Positions 37,624 to 48,432 of a DNA stretch of 64,000 nt are shown here, one piece after another. Location of the stretch: contig JAGIQG010000001.1 of NCBI GenBank assembly GCA_024679065.1, positions 111,538,001-111,602,000 of the forward strand, in the 5' to 3' direction. The stretch is from Sphyrna mokarran (lineage: Eukaryota). The notes beneath the pieces were generated by a model. It saw nothing but the letters and a program-made list of their open reading frames with translations, was not told the DNA's origin and searched no databases. Every line of letters begins with the position of its first letter. Position 1 is the stretch's first letter. A program made the translations under genes and the position numbers.

Positions 37624-38782
37624 CAAAATACCTTGCTTTCACTGTTGCTGCACGAAAGAAAATTGATTAAGAGCCGGCTCATATGGATTATCCCTGCTTG
37701 CCAGGCTAGCAACAATTGTATTTGCAAATACAGGAGGATCCATAAGCAGCTATCTTGAAATGGTGTGGGTTTTGAGGAAGAGCGATGCAGACCTGTCATT
37801 TCAGCTATCATGCAGGATAAGATGGGTGACCATGTCAGCTGAACTATCCACCTCTGAGCAACAGTGTTGTACCCCTGAGAAATGTGAATACTGTGGAGTG
37901 TAATGACAAACTGGCCCGCCTTCCTCATAACTGCCTTCATTGTCTACCTCTTCACTTTATTTTTAAACCTAATCATCTTCAGAGGCTGCCTATAAAATGA
38001 GATGCATTTCAAACCTTTCCAATAGCTTTAATTATTGATATACCCCCATTTTCACACCCTTTTAACTGTCGTTAAATGCTATCTACACACATTGCACACT
38101 TACTACAGGTAATCTTCCAGTATCCATTAAAATCCTCTTATAGACTTGTGAATAAATATCCCAATGGATTATTCTGGTAATCTTCATCCTAGTAAAACCT
38201 TTGATAGCTTTTCACCATATAAAATGGGGTTTGCATCAGTATCTGGATATTGTCGACTATCTCTCAACTGAATGAAGAAAGTTAGCTGGAGTGATGACTT
38301 TAAAATATATACTCTCTATTCAATTGACAAGGAAGGGAAGAAGTAGGACAGAGCTACATCCGTTCAGTGAAAAGAGACAATGCATAAACGATACAATGTT
38401 TTCTTAGTTGTAGTGTTAAAAATGAAGTGATGCTGTGAGCATTAAAACATAACACACTTCCTGATGGCTAATTATAGAGCTACATTTTTAGAACCTCAAG
38501 AGAAAGCTTCAGCTCAGACCATTCCTCTCTTAGTTGAAAGAGAAGGCATGTCAAATACTAAGAATGTAAAACAATGTGCTCAGGGAAGTTGAAAATCGCA
38601 AGAAGAAAAGAAAAAGAAACATGAATAGACCGTGTGCGATAAGTAGGATCATGACTGATCTTGGACTTAAACACCATTTCCCAACCTATTCCCAGTATCC
38701 TTAATTTCCCTAAGAGACCAAAAATCTATCTATCTCAGCATTAAAAGTGTTAAAATATAGAACACCAATAGCCTTTGGTGTA

Positions 38783-39075
38783 GAGCGACATGGTGGCACA
38801 GCGGTTAGCACTACTGCCTTACAGCACCGGGGACCCGTCCTTGGGTCGCTGTCTGTATGATGTTTGCTTGTTCTCCCCATGTTTGCATAGGTGTCCTCCC
38901 ACAGTCCAGAGATGTGTGGGTTAGGTTGAATGCCCAAGCTAAATTGATCCTTGTGTCGAGGGATTAGCAGGGTAAATATGTGAGGTTACAGGAATAGGCC
39001 TGGGCGAGACTGTGGTCGGTGCAAACTTGATAGGCCGAATTATCTCCTTCTGCGTTGTGGGAATTCTGTGACTCT
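38783..39075 (+). mobile_element. HE1-type V-SINE nested in CR1
   Basis: gcgacatggtggcacagcggttagcac...ccttctgcgttgtgggaattctgtg, splitting the CR1 motif ggtgtaga|gaattccaaa. Confidence 0.88.
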
Positions 39076-39864
39076 CGAGAATTCCAAAAATTGACAAACC
39101 TTTGAGTAAAGTAAGTTCTCCTCACCTTGGTTTTTTTTTTAAATACGATTGCCTCTCATTCTTCTAAAGCCTAGAGACTATCACCATCTCATCACAAGAA
39201 AATCCCTTCATTCCAAGGAGCAATTTAGTGAATTCTCACTGTACTGTCTTAAATGTAAGTGCATCCTTGCATAAACGTGAAAACCAAAACTGCACACAGT
39301 ATCCCAGAAATTCCGAAATCTTGTACAATTAAGAAGAACAAAGAAAATTACAGCACAGGAACAGGCCCTTTGGCCATCCAGGCCTGCACAAATCATTCTG
39401 CCCATCTGAACTAAAACCACTTGCCCCACCCGTGTTGTATAAACACACCCAAATCTCTCTGAACATCAAAGCATACTTCTCTTCTTATGTCAAAAGTGAA
39501 TAACTTCACACTTCCCTACATTGTAGTCCATCTGCCATTTTGTTACCCACTCAGTTAACCTGTCTATATCTCCTTCCAGGATCTCTGTGTCATTCCTAAG
39601 GCTTAACTTCACACTTAACTTGGCATCATCAACAAGCTCATATACGTTTCCCCTGCCTTTTCATCTTAGTCACTGATATAGATTATAAATAGCTCAAATC
39701 CCAGCACTGATCCTTAATGCATTCCATTTTTTATTGCCTACCAACTTGAAAAAGCCTTATTTATGTCCACTCGCTGCTTTCTATTCATTAACCAATCCTT
39801 TACCTATGCTAATACACATCCCCAACTCCATGATCTCTTATCTTGCCAATTTAACTTTTTGTGT

Positions 39865-40265
39865 TTTTTTCTTTATTCGTTTGTCAACATTTATTGCTCA
39901 TCCCTAATTGCCTTTGTGATGATGTTGTTGAGTTGCCTTCTTGAACTGCTGAAGTCATTATGGTGTAGGAACACCCACAGTGCTGTTATAGAGGGAGTTC
40001 CAGGATTTTGACCCAGTGACAGTAAATGTCGAAGATAGTGACTGGCTCGGAGAAGAACCTCCAGGTATTGATATTTCCATGAATCTGCTGCCCTTGTCCT
40101 TCTAGATGGAAGTGGGTCATGGGTTTGGAAGATGCTGCCTAAGGAGCTTTGGTGAGTTCCTAAATTGTATCTTGAATGTGATGCACACTGGCACTATTCA
40201 TTGGTGATGGAGAAAGTGAATATTTGTGGGAGGTATGCCAATCAAATGGGCTGCTGTGTCCTAAT
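39865..40265 (-). mobile_element. L2/CR1-group LINE 3' end nested in CR1 (probable partner of the 15225 SINE tail)
   Basis: tttattcg...catttattgctcatccctaattgcc...gagggagttccaggattttgacccag...ccttctagatggaagtgg. A second copy lies at about 48655-48750. Confidence 0.65.
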
Positions 40266-41004
40266 GATGGATCTGTTCACTTGCCTTTTGGAAATGCAGC
40301 TACACCACATCTACTAGTTCACTTTCATTTATCCTAATAGTCAGATGCTCAAAAAGCTCTGGTACATTTTTTAAATAGGATATCCCTTTAGTTAAACCAT
40401 GTTGACTTATTCTAATCATAGTACAGTTTTCTAAGTGTGTTGTCAATACTTACTTATTGATAGATTCCAGTGTTTTCCCAATGACTGACATTAGGCTAAC
40501 TGACCTGTAGTTCACTGTTTTCTCTCTCTCCTTTTCTTAAAAATCAATGTAAAAATATCTGGTTGAAATACATTAGATAAACTTTATCTTCTGCAGTTAA
40601 AAATGAATGATTTCTTTTTGGGAAAATAAAAAATTGGACTGTGTGAAATGTGCTACAGATCTCTTAACACCCTTTTTTGAACCAAGTGAATTCCACTGTT
40701 CTTCCATCACACAATTGGATAGAAGCCTTTGTAGAATTGGAGGATAGAAACCACCTTTCTTTGATGACTATTGTCAGGCCAAATCACAATAGCCACTGAT
40801 CACAAAATGGTCAATTGGCAGGTTCACTCAGAATGTACTGACAGCAGATGTGAAAAATGGAGGGACTGCCCAATGTTAGGATTCAGGAACATTTTCAGAA
40901 CACTATGTACCAGATCTGGAACTACTTAATTCTGCCCATGGAGAAAAATAAAAGGAAGTGTTTTACTCCACAACATTAAGATGCCTTGCCATCATGAACC
41001 TAAG

Positions 41005-41608
41005 CAATATATAGCAAGCCACCCCAAATCCCAGGAGAGATATAACCAACATTGCTGCTCCAAAATCCTGCAAATCTAATGCCAGGATAGGCTTACCAAT
41101 GTGAGCATCCTCTCCCGGACCAATATCCTCAGTACTGAGGCAATGATCACGCTCCTTGTGCTACGATGGACTGGCCACATTGTCTGTATGCCTGACACAA
41201 GATTCCTAAAGCAAGTGCTCTATTCCTAACTCCGCAATGGAAAGAGCTCACCAGGAATGCAAAGAAAACGCTACAAGGACACTCTGAAAGCCTCCCTAAA
41301 TAAACACAACAGTGCCATTGACGCATGGGAATCGCAAAAAAGCACAAACTAGAGAAGAAGCATCTGTAAAAGCAAAAATCAACTTGTACATCAGTGGATG
41401 GAACACCGGAAAGCCAAGTGTGAACAGTGAAAAGAGAGCATAGAATCCAGAATATGCACTCACCTCAACAAACACCAGGTGCCAAACCTGTGATAGAGTC
41501 TGCAGTTCCTGTAGTGGACTATTCCACCACCGCAGAACACTAGCCCCTCCCTTTCCAGAGTGGATGCAAGTCATCCTCAGTCCTGATGGACTGCCAAAGA
41601 AGAAGATG
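41005..41608 (+). mobile_element. RTE (BovB-like) LINE 3' portion
   Basis: Encodes KILQI*CQDRLTNVSIL...LRWTGHIVCMPDTRFLKQVLYS*LRNGK...QRKRYKDTLKASL and CQTCDRVCSSCSGLFHHRRT, ending in an (aag)n tail. Confidence 0.88.
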
Positions 41609-41692
41609 CAGTCCCCAAAAGCCTTAAAACTGTTGTGGATGAATTTCACTGAGTGTGGTGAAAATGGGACATTTTGCTTATGTGCATACGGG

Positions 41693-42014
41693 GAACATAG
41701 AACATAGAACATAGAACAATACAGCACAGAACAGGCCCTTCGGCCTTCGATGTTGTGCCGACCAAAATAAAAAGCAATGCCCCTCCTAACTAAACCATTC
41801 CCTTCTCATCCATATACTTATCAACTAACCTCTTAAACGCCACCAAACTTGGCGCATCTACAACAGCTGCAGGCAGGGCATTCCACTCCCTAATCACTCT
41901 TTGAGTAAAGAACCTACCTCTGATATCCGTCCTATAACTCATACCCCTTAATTTAAAGTTGTGTCCCCTCGTGCTAGCTTTCTCCATCCTAGGAAAAAGG
42001 CTATCACTGTCCAA
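41693..42014 (-). mobile_element. Young CR1/HER1 LINE 3' end with (ATAGAAC)n tail
   Basis: Uninterrupted LFPRMEKASTRGHNFKLRG...FFTQRVIREWNALPAAVVDAPSLVAFKRLVDKYM and perfect tail repeats. Confidence 0.92.
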
Positions 42015-43689
42015 AGAGATTCAGTATGCTGAAAATTACAGAATATGTCATTTGTTTTCATGGAAGGAGTGAAAAGAGCAATGTTATACTGTTAGTTAAC
42101 CAGGACTGTGGCCAGGTAGAAATTCATTGGTAATGATCTTGCCACATTTCTCTCTATCAATAATATGGTACATGTACAGTGGCAGGCCATTGATAGATAG
42201 CTTCAAGATGGAAACAGCAGTAGTTCAGACCTAGCGCATACATCAAATATAGCATACATTTTTCATTCTGTGTTTAGTGTCACTGGTACCCACAGCTTGA
42301 ACTGATACATCTGTGGGATGTTGCCACATTATTCATCAGTGGCAAGACAATGGCAACTTGTAAGTCAGAGATGTGACTATGTAATGATTTATTTCTTATT
42401 GATGTGCATGAAAAAAGATGTCCAATAAGCTGAGGGTACGTGTTTTTCAAGAAGGATTGTAACTCTGGAAAGAAATAGAGAATACATAAAATCTGCTATG
42501 TTCAGTAAACTTGTATCCACTGCAAGGTAGAGTGAACCCTATTTTGCTTGGAAAAATGAATGGCTGCAAGACTTTTAGCCTCGTGTTTAATGTATAATGA
42601 AGAATGGTTTATTCTGTACTCTTGTCACTTAAGCTATTCCTGTTCTTGACTACTGTCACAGGCTAAGTCAGATTGTTTGCAGCATTGATGTAGAGGATAT
42701 AAAGCAACATGGGGTTGGATATGGGGCATCACTTATCATGGGGTTATGAGTAGTCATAGGTGTTGCATAAGGAGGATAGATTGGTGAGGAGGATATGAGC
42801 CACCATGGGACATGGTTAATGGATATGAGCTGGTGAGGGTTGGCGTAGATGGATGCTGGTTACCATGTGTACAGGCAGTGAGGGCTGGAGGAGGATGTTT
42901 TATTCTTTTAAAGAAATTGTTGGACACAGTGCTGGAACCCCAGGACAGGCCTTCTGCCAAGCACTCCTCGGCATTCTTCTAGGGTTGCCCATCCAACTTC
43001 TGACACTCCCTCTTCTCTTTCCCCCCCCCCACTCCCATATCCTTGACTGGGCAGCCATTTTCGGAAAGAGTTTATGGAGCTGGGAATTCTCCTGAATCTG
43101 GCAGATGAAAATCCAGGCCCTGATGTTTTTGTTGCTGTTAAAAGCAAAGGGCTGAACTTTTGCTTTGGAGGTGAAGAATGAAGTTTGGACTGTTTTTGTG
43201 TCCAAAACCTGTCCCCAGTGAAAGCAGTCACTGGCTGGAATTTTGACCAGAATGTATTCCTAACATCATGAAGACAGGTTTCTTGTACAATTAAGAGTGA
43301 CAGACCTTAGTGAAGGCCTTCCAGTTTCACAGGAACAGCAGGCTACAATAAAAAGTAAGTAACTGAAAGCACTTACTTCATCAGGAAGGTGCTTTCTCAG
43401 TCACTATTTTCAAACATAATTAAATAAAAAATATGGAAATCAGCCAGGCCACCACTGGCAGTGGATGTGGAGACAAAATTATTGCACATCTAACTGTCAG
43501 AAGCCATTTGGTCTTATTTTATTGTATCATGCACAGATCCTGCAGTTTGTATCTAAAACCAGGATAACCCACACTGCATGGACCTCCCGTGAAGATCAGC
43601 CTGACTCATTAACGGCAAATGGACAGCAAACATTCCCTCCTACACATAGCTCAATAAACCACTGACATTCCATGTCGTCACATCTGAAC

Positions 43690-44240
43690 ATGTTTAGGTC
43701 ACTCAGTCTCTTTGAACCTTTCATGTTATTCTGTTACTTCACAGCTGACTTGTGCCTGAAGTCCATTTACCAGCCTTTGGCCATCTCACCTTCTACTCTT
43801 ACCTAACAAAACTCAATTGATAACTGCCCTAAAAATTTCAATTGACCGAGAATCCACAGCTCTTTTGGAAGAGTGTGTTCCAGCTTTTTATTACATCTTA
43901 TGTGAAAAAAATCCTTCCTGGTCTCACTAGCATCAATATAGCATTCACCTGTTTGATAACTTCCTGTAAATGTGCATGGGTTTACATTTAAATTGCTTTG
44001 CTCAACTGTAGCTCCCAGTCTCTCACCATTGAGAAATTATTCAATTAAGTCTTTCTTGGATCCAAAGTGGATGATCTCATACTTCACCATGTTGAACTCC
44101 AGCTGCAATAGTTTTGCCAACTCACTTATTCTGTCTCTGCCTCTTTGTGAGTTTCTGCTTCCATCGTTCTAATTTTCATTTGCAAATGCAGACAGATAAT
44201 GCTCCATTCATTGATTAAGGTCATATATACATGTATGGGA
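43690..44240 (-). mobile_element. Degraded CR1 LINE fragments
   Basis: atccacagctcttttggaagagtgtgttccag...; ccaaagtggatgatctcatacttc...ttgaactccagctgc (reverse of WQMEFN..KCEV.HFG-like). Confidence 0.6.
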
Positions 44241-45704
44241 AAAAGGTCATGTGAGGAATAGTCCCAGAGTGTTTCAGCAAATGGAGGAAAATAACTGCAA
44301 AGAGGAACAGTGGATCCATACACTGATTTAAAAGAAGCCTTTTTTTTGCAAGATGGGATGTGGTGTTTGAGTGCTATAAATGCATATCATGTAGACTGGT
44401 ATCAGGTTCTATCAATGCATAACATTTAAAAATGAATTCAGTTTGTAAGTAAATGCATTCTTGCAGCATAAGGTCAGATTTGGATTCTACACACGAAGAT
44501 CAACAACTTAGTACATAGATCTTGATTTGAATACTGAATGCCATCTTTTATGTGCTGAAAAATACTTTAGCAATGAATTCATTACATGTTCAATTATTTT
44601 TTTCCTCCCCTAGACAGAATTCGGGGTTTATAATTTTTTTTTAACCTTGGTAATCCTTGGAAAGAGTGCGTGCACTGCAGTCATTTGGAACCTGTTGGAT
44701 CTGGACTCCCTCTGCTAAAAGTCTGCCTCGATCGCATTCATGCATTAGTGCCATCTGTGCCTGCTGTACCTTCTGTGAGGTAGTCATGGCCAATCTACTG
44801 GCTGCTATCTGAAAATAGGTTTGAAACAGCAAGGGCCTGTGCTCAGAGCTGATACATGGCCGCGAAGTACATTTGCAGGGAGGAGCAGTTAAACATTGCA
44901 GCAGTCCATCAAACAGGAAACATCTGCACCTAGTATCTTCTAGTTATCTACCATCAGAAAAAAAGGGGGTGGGCATGTACACTGCAAAAAACTCCAATAA
45001 TTTTACTCCTAGTTTTCACTGCTGCACACTGATGGGAGTCTTTATAAAATGAAACATTTAGAGCACAAAAATGAATTGTCTCAGTAATTTTGAAGAAGGT
45101 TTATTGCCAAATCTATTAGCAGACAAGAAAAGGTTAACAAACTTCTGGCAGGGATAACACTAATTCAATTAAAAGCCACATCCTGTCTTCCCTTGCAGAT
45201 GTACCAAGAAACTTCTGTCGCAGTCACCCGTTCAACACAAGACTTTGTTCATTTAAACAAAGGATTGTTTATCATACCTCCCTGATAGGAACTCTCCTGA
45301 ATTTACTTGAAATGTTTGCATTGAATGAAAGTCACAATCATAACATGACTGCAGTAAGCAGATTTGATCATTCCATAATTTAAATAATTTACTTCAGATG
45401 GAAAAAAAACTAAAGCCCCTGCCCCCCCCCCCCATTTTTCAAGCTAATCCATTGTATTTGCATCACATGAAAAAATACACCAGATTTTACATCTCTATCT
45501 ACAAGGTTCAAAAGGAACATTTTGGGGCCAGTGATATGAACAGTTGACACACTGGTTGGCCTCATAATTTTTACTGCATTTTCTGGGGAACAGATGCTTG
45601 ATGTGCACTGTGTGGCCACCACCTTATTTTTCATCTCCTTAATAATGGTAACACAAATTAAGTGGAAAACCATAACATGTGTTACGGTTTCTTAGTTATG
45701 TTTT

Positions 45705-47165
45705 ATAAAAATAGGAACAGCAGTAGACCCATATGGTCCATCAAGCCTGCTCCATCATTCCATACAATTTAGCTTCAGTTACGACTCCACTTTCTCTGGG
45801 GTACAGAGAATTCCAAAGATTTACAATCCTTTGAGTGAAAAAAACCTGCTCAACTCAGTCTTAAATGATCGGCTGCCCTGAAAATGCCCTGTGGTTTAGA
45901 TTCCCCAGGGACAGGAAACAACCCCTTAGAATTTATCCTTCAAGCCCCTTTGTAATTTGGAATGTCTCAGGAGATCACCTCTCCTCAAAGGACAACTTCT
46001 CATCCTGGGCATCAATCTAGTGAACCTTGGTTACACTGCCTCCACAGCAGTACATTCTTCCTTTCAGTATATAGAACAAACTTACACACACTATTGCAGT
46101 TTCATCAAAGCCTGGTAAAATTGTAGCAACAATTCTTAAATCTTATACTCTCCTTTAATTAAAGACCAAAATAACATTTACTTTTGTAATTCTTAGACTA
46201 CCTGTATACTAGTTTTGTGAGAGTGTGCAAAAGTCTTTCTGAATATTAACATTTACAAAATTTAAGAATTATTAGATTTTTATTCTTAGAACCAAAACTA
46301 ATAATTATACCCCATCTGCCAACTTTTTGCCCACTCACTTAACTTGTCTGTATCTTTTTTTGCAGTCTCTTTGTGTCCTCCTCATAGTTTACATTCCACC
46401 TAGCTTTGTATTGTCAACAAACATTGTCAGATATATTGCTCTCTGTTCCTTTGTAAATAGCTAAGGCCCCAGTATTGATCCTTGCAATACAACATCCATA
46501 GGCTGCCAACTTGAAAATGTTCCATTATATCCCTTACTCACTGCTTCCTGACCAATAACCAATTCTCTATCAAAATCAAAGCTAATTTATTATCCCCAGC
46601 TCCATGAACTCTTGTGTATTAACCTTTTTGTGTGGCATCTATTAGTTCTCCTTTATCTGTTTTTATTTTTTTGGTTAGTTTATTCTCACATTTGATTTCT
46701 TCCCTTTTAGCCATGCTTTTGGTGGCCCTTTGCTTGTTTCTTAAACATTCCTAATTCTCATACTTGCTATTATTCTTTACAACATTGTAAGCCTGTTATT
46801 TTACTGAATACTCTGCACAGGTCTATCTATGCCTCTTTAAAGAGCCACAAGTAGATCTTTCCAACTGATTTTTTCAGTGGAATATACTTTTGGTTGAACA
46901 TTTTGAATTGTTTCTTTAACTATGAAGAAACAAACATGTGAATTAGGAGATGGAATAAGACCTTTGCTCCAAAAGCTGTATGTAACTCTTTCTTGAAAAC
47001 ATATGTTTTGGCCTCACCTTTGTTTGGTGGTAGCATATTCCGTACACTTACCACTCTCTGGTTGAAGAAATTTCTCCTCATCTCAGTCCTTAAGGTTTAC
47101 TCTGTATTAGAAAGTGACCCCTGGATCTGGGCACCACCACCATTGGGAACATCCTTCCTGCATCG
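45705..47165 (-). mobile_element. Degraded CR1 LINE (45705 to about 46900) plus a second CR1 3' end (46935-47165)
   Basis: ataggaacagcagtagacc...caagcctgctccatcattc; gggtacagagaattccaaagatttacaatcc; accactctctggttgaagaaatttctcctcatctc. Confidence 0.7.
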
Positions 47166-47515
47166 ATAACATGGTGATAGATTTTCTTTCCTTAGTTAAT
47201 CATAGAAAACCAGGTTGTAGTGAATATGAATAAATAAAAGGAAATTTTGCTCAGTACTGTGGATGCATCTGTTCAGAAGTAAGGATCTGGTAATTCTCAA
47301 GTTATAAACATTAACCAAAAAAGATATGAGTGAGAAATAGTGACATTTTGGGAGAAAGCATTAGCACTAAACTAGTGAGAAGTCATTGACCTGAAACATT
47401 AACTCTGTTACCCTCTTCACAGATGTTGGCTGACCTTCAGACTACTTCCCACATTTTTTGTTTTTATAACACGTTAATCGTTCTTGTTGAGTGCTGCTCT
47501 GAGTGTCTTTCAAAA

Positions 47516-47866
47516 TGTAGAGATTCCTAGCATTGGACAGTAAAAAGTCTGACAACACCACGTTTAAGTCCAACCGATTTATTTGATAATAAACTCACAA
47601 GCTTTCAAGGTTATCCTCTTCATCAGGTGAATGAGGTGTTCTGGTCTCAAATAGTACGTATAAACAACAACACAGTGTTGTTCTGGTCTCAAACAGTACA
47701 TATAAACAACAACACAATGGTCTCAAACAACACAGTGCTGTTATATGTGCTGTCTGAGACCAGAACACCTCCTTCACATGACAAAGAGGATAACCTCGAA
47801 AACTTGTGAGTTTACTATCAAATAAATCAGTTGGACTTAAACCTGGTGTTATCAGACTTCTTACTC
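47516..47866 (-). mobile_element. Palindromic mini Penelope-like element with 12-bp TSD and internal tandem duplications
   Basis: tgtctttcaaaa at 47504-47515 and 47867-47878; inverted arms at about 47539-47665 and 47738-47865; homologous to the 30.6-kb element with the tail on the left. Confidence 0.85.
47593..47632 (-). ncRNA. Minimal type I hammerhead ribozyme motif
   Basis: Minus strand AUUCAC-CUGAUGA-A-GAGG-AUAA-CCUU-GAAA-GCUU-GUGAGU: intact core, 6-bp stem I, 4-bp stem II with tetraloop. Confidence 0.75.
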
Positions 47867-48130
47867 TGTCTTTCAAAACCAGGAATAAAAATGTTGCTGA
47901 AAAGAAAAGTCTAGTTAAATTGGCTAAGTGTTAGTAATGAGGAGTTCACACTGCAGATGCCCATCAATAGATGACTGTTGAACTCCGGATCTGGTTTTGG
48001 AATAACAGAGGCAAACAATAGAGGATTAGAAACAAAGCAATTAACATTATAGGAGATTTCCAAATAAGCATATGGACATAATTGTGATCAAAGGCAAGGA
48101 ACAGGATCTGGGAAAGCAACATGGAAAATT

Positions 48131-48432
48131 ATCATAGAATTCCTACAATGCAGAAAGAGGACATCTGGCCCATTGAGTCTGCACTGATCACAATCCCATC
48201 CAGGCCCTATCCCCATAACTCCATGCATTTACCCTAACTAGTCCTTCTGACACTAGGGTCAATTTAGTATGGCCAGTTCACCTAACCCACACATCTTCGG
48301 GCTGTGGAAGGAAACCGGAGCACCTGAAGGAAACCCACGCAGACATGGAAAATGTGCAAACTCCACACAGATAGTGACCCAAACCAGAATCAACCTGGCG
48401 CTGTGAGCAACAGTGACAACCACTGTGCTGCT
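48131..48432 (-). mobile_element. HE1-type V-SINE
   Basis: atcatagaattcctacaatgcagaa...ggcgctgtgagcaacagtgacaaccactgtgc. Confidence 0.92.

Larger units (their letters stand above)
38615..40545 (-). mobile_element. Fragmented CR1 LINE with nested insertions (HE1, CR1 tail, L2-like LINE end)
   Basis: CR1 3' UTR at 38620-38780, ORF2 pieces at 39076-39860 and 40270-40540 (gactgacattaggctaactgacctgtag, reverse of YRSVSLMSV). Confidence 0.75.

Noticed and set aside
47635-47740. Repeated tggtctcaaa...aacaacaacac units resembling a CRISPR or satellite array
   Set aside because: Only two to three irregular copies with no unique spacers, inside a eukaryotic retroelement.
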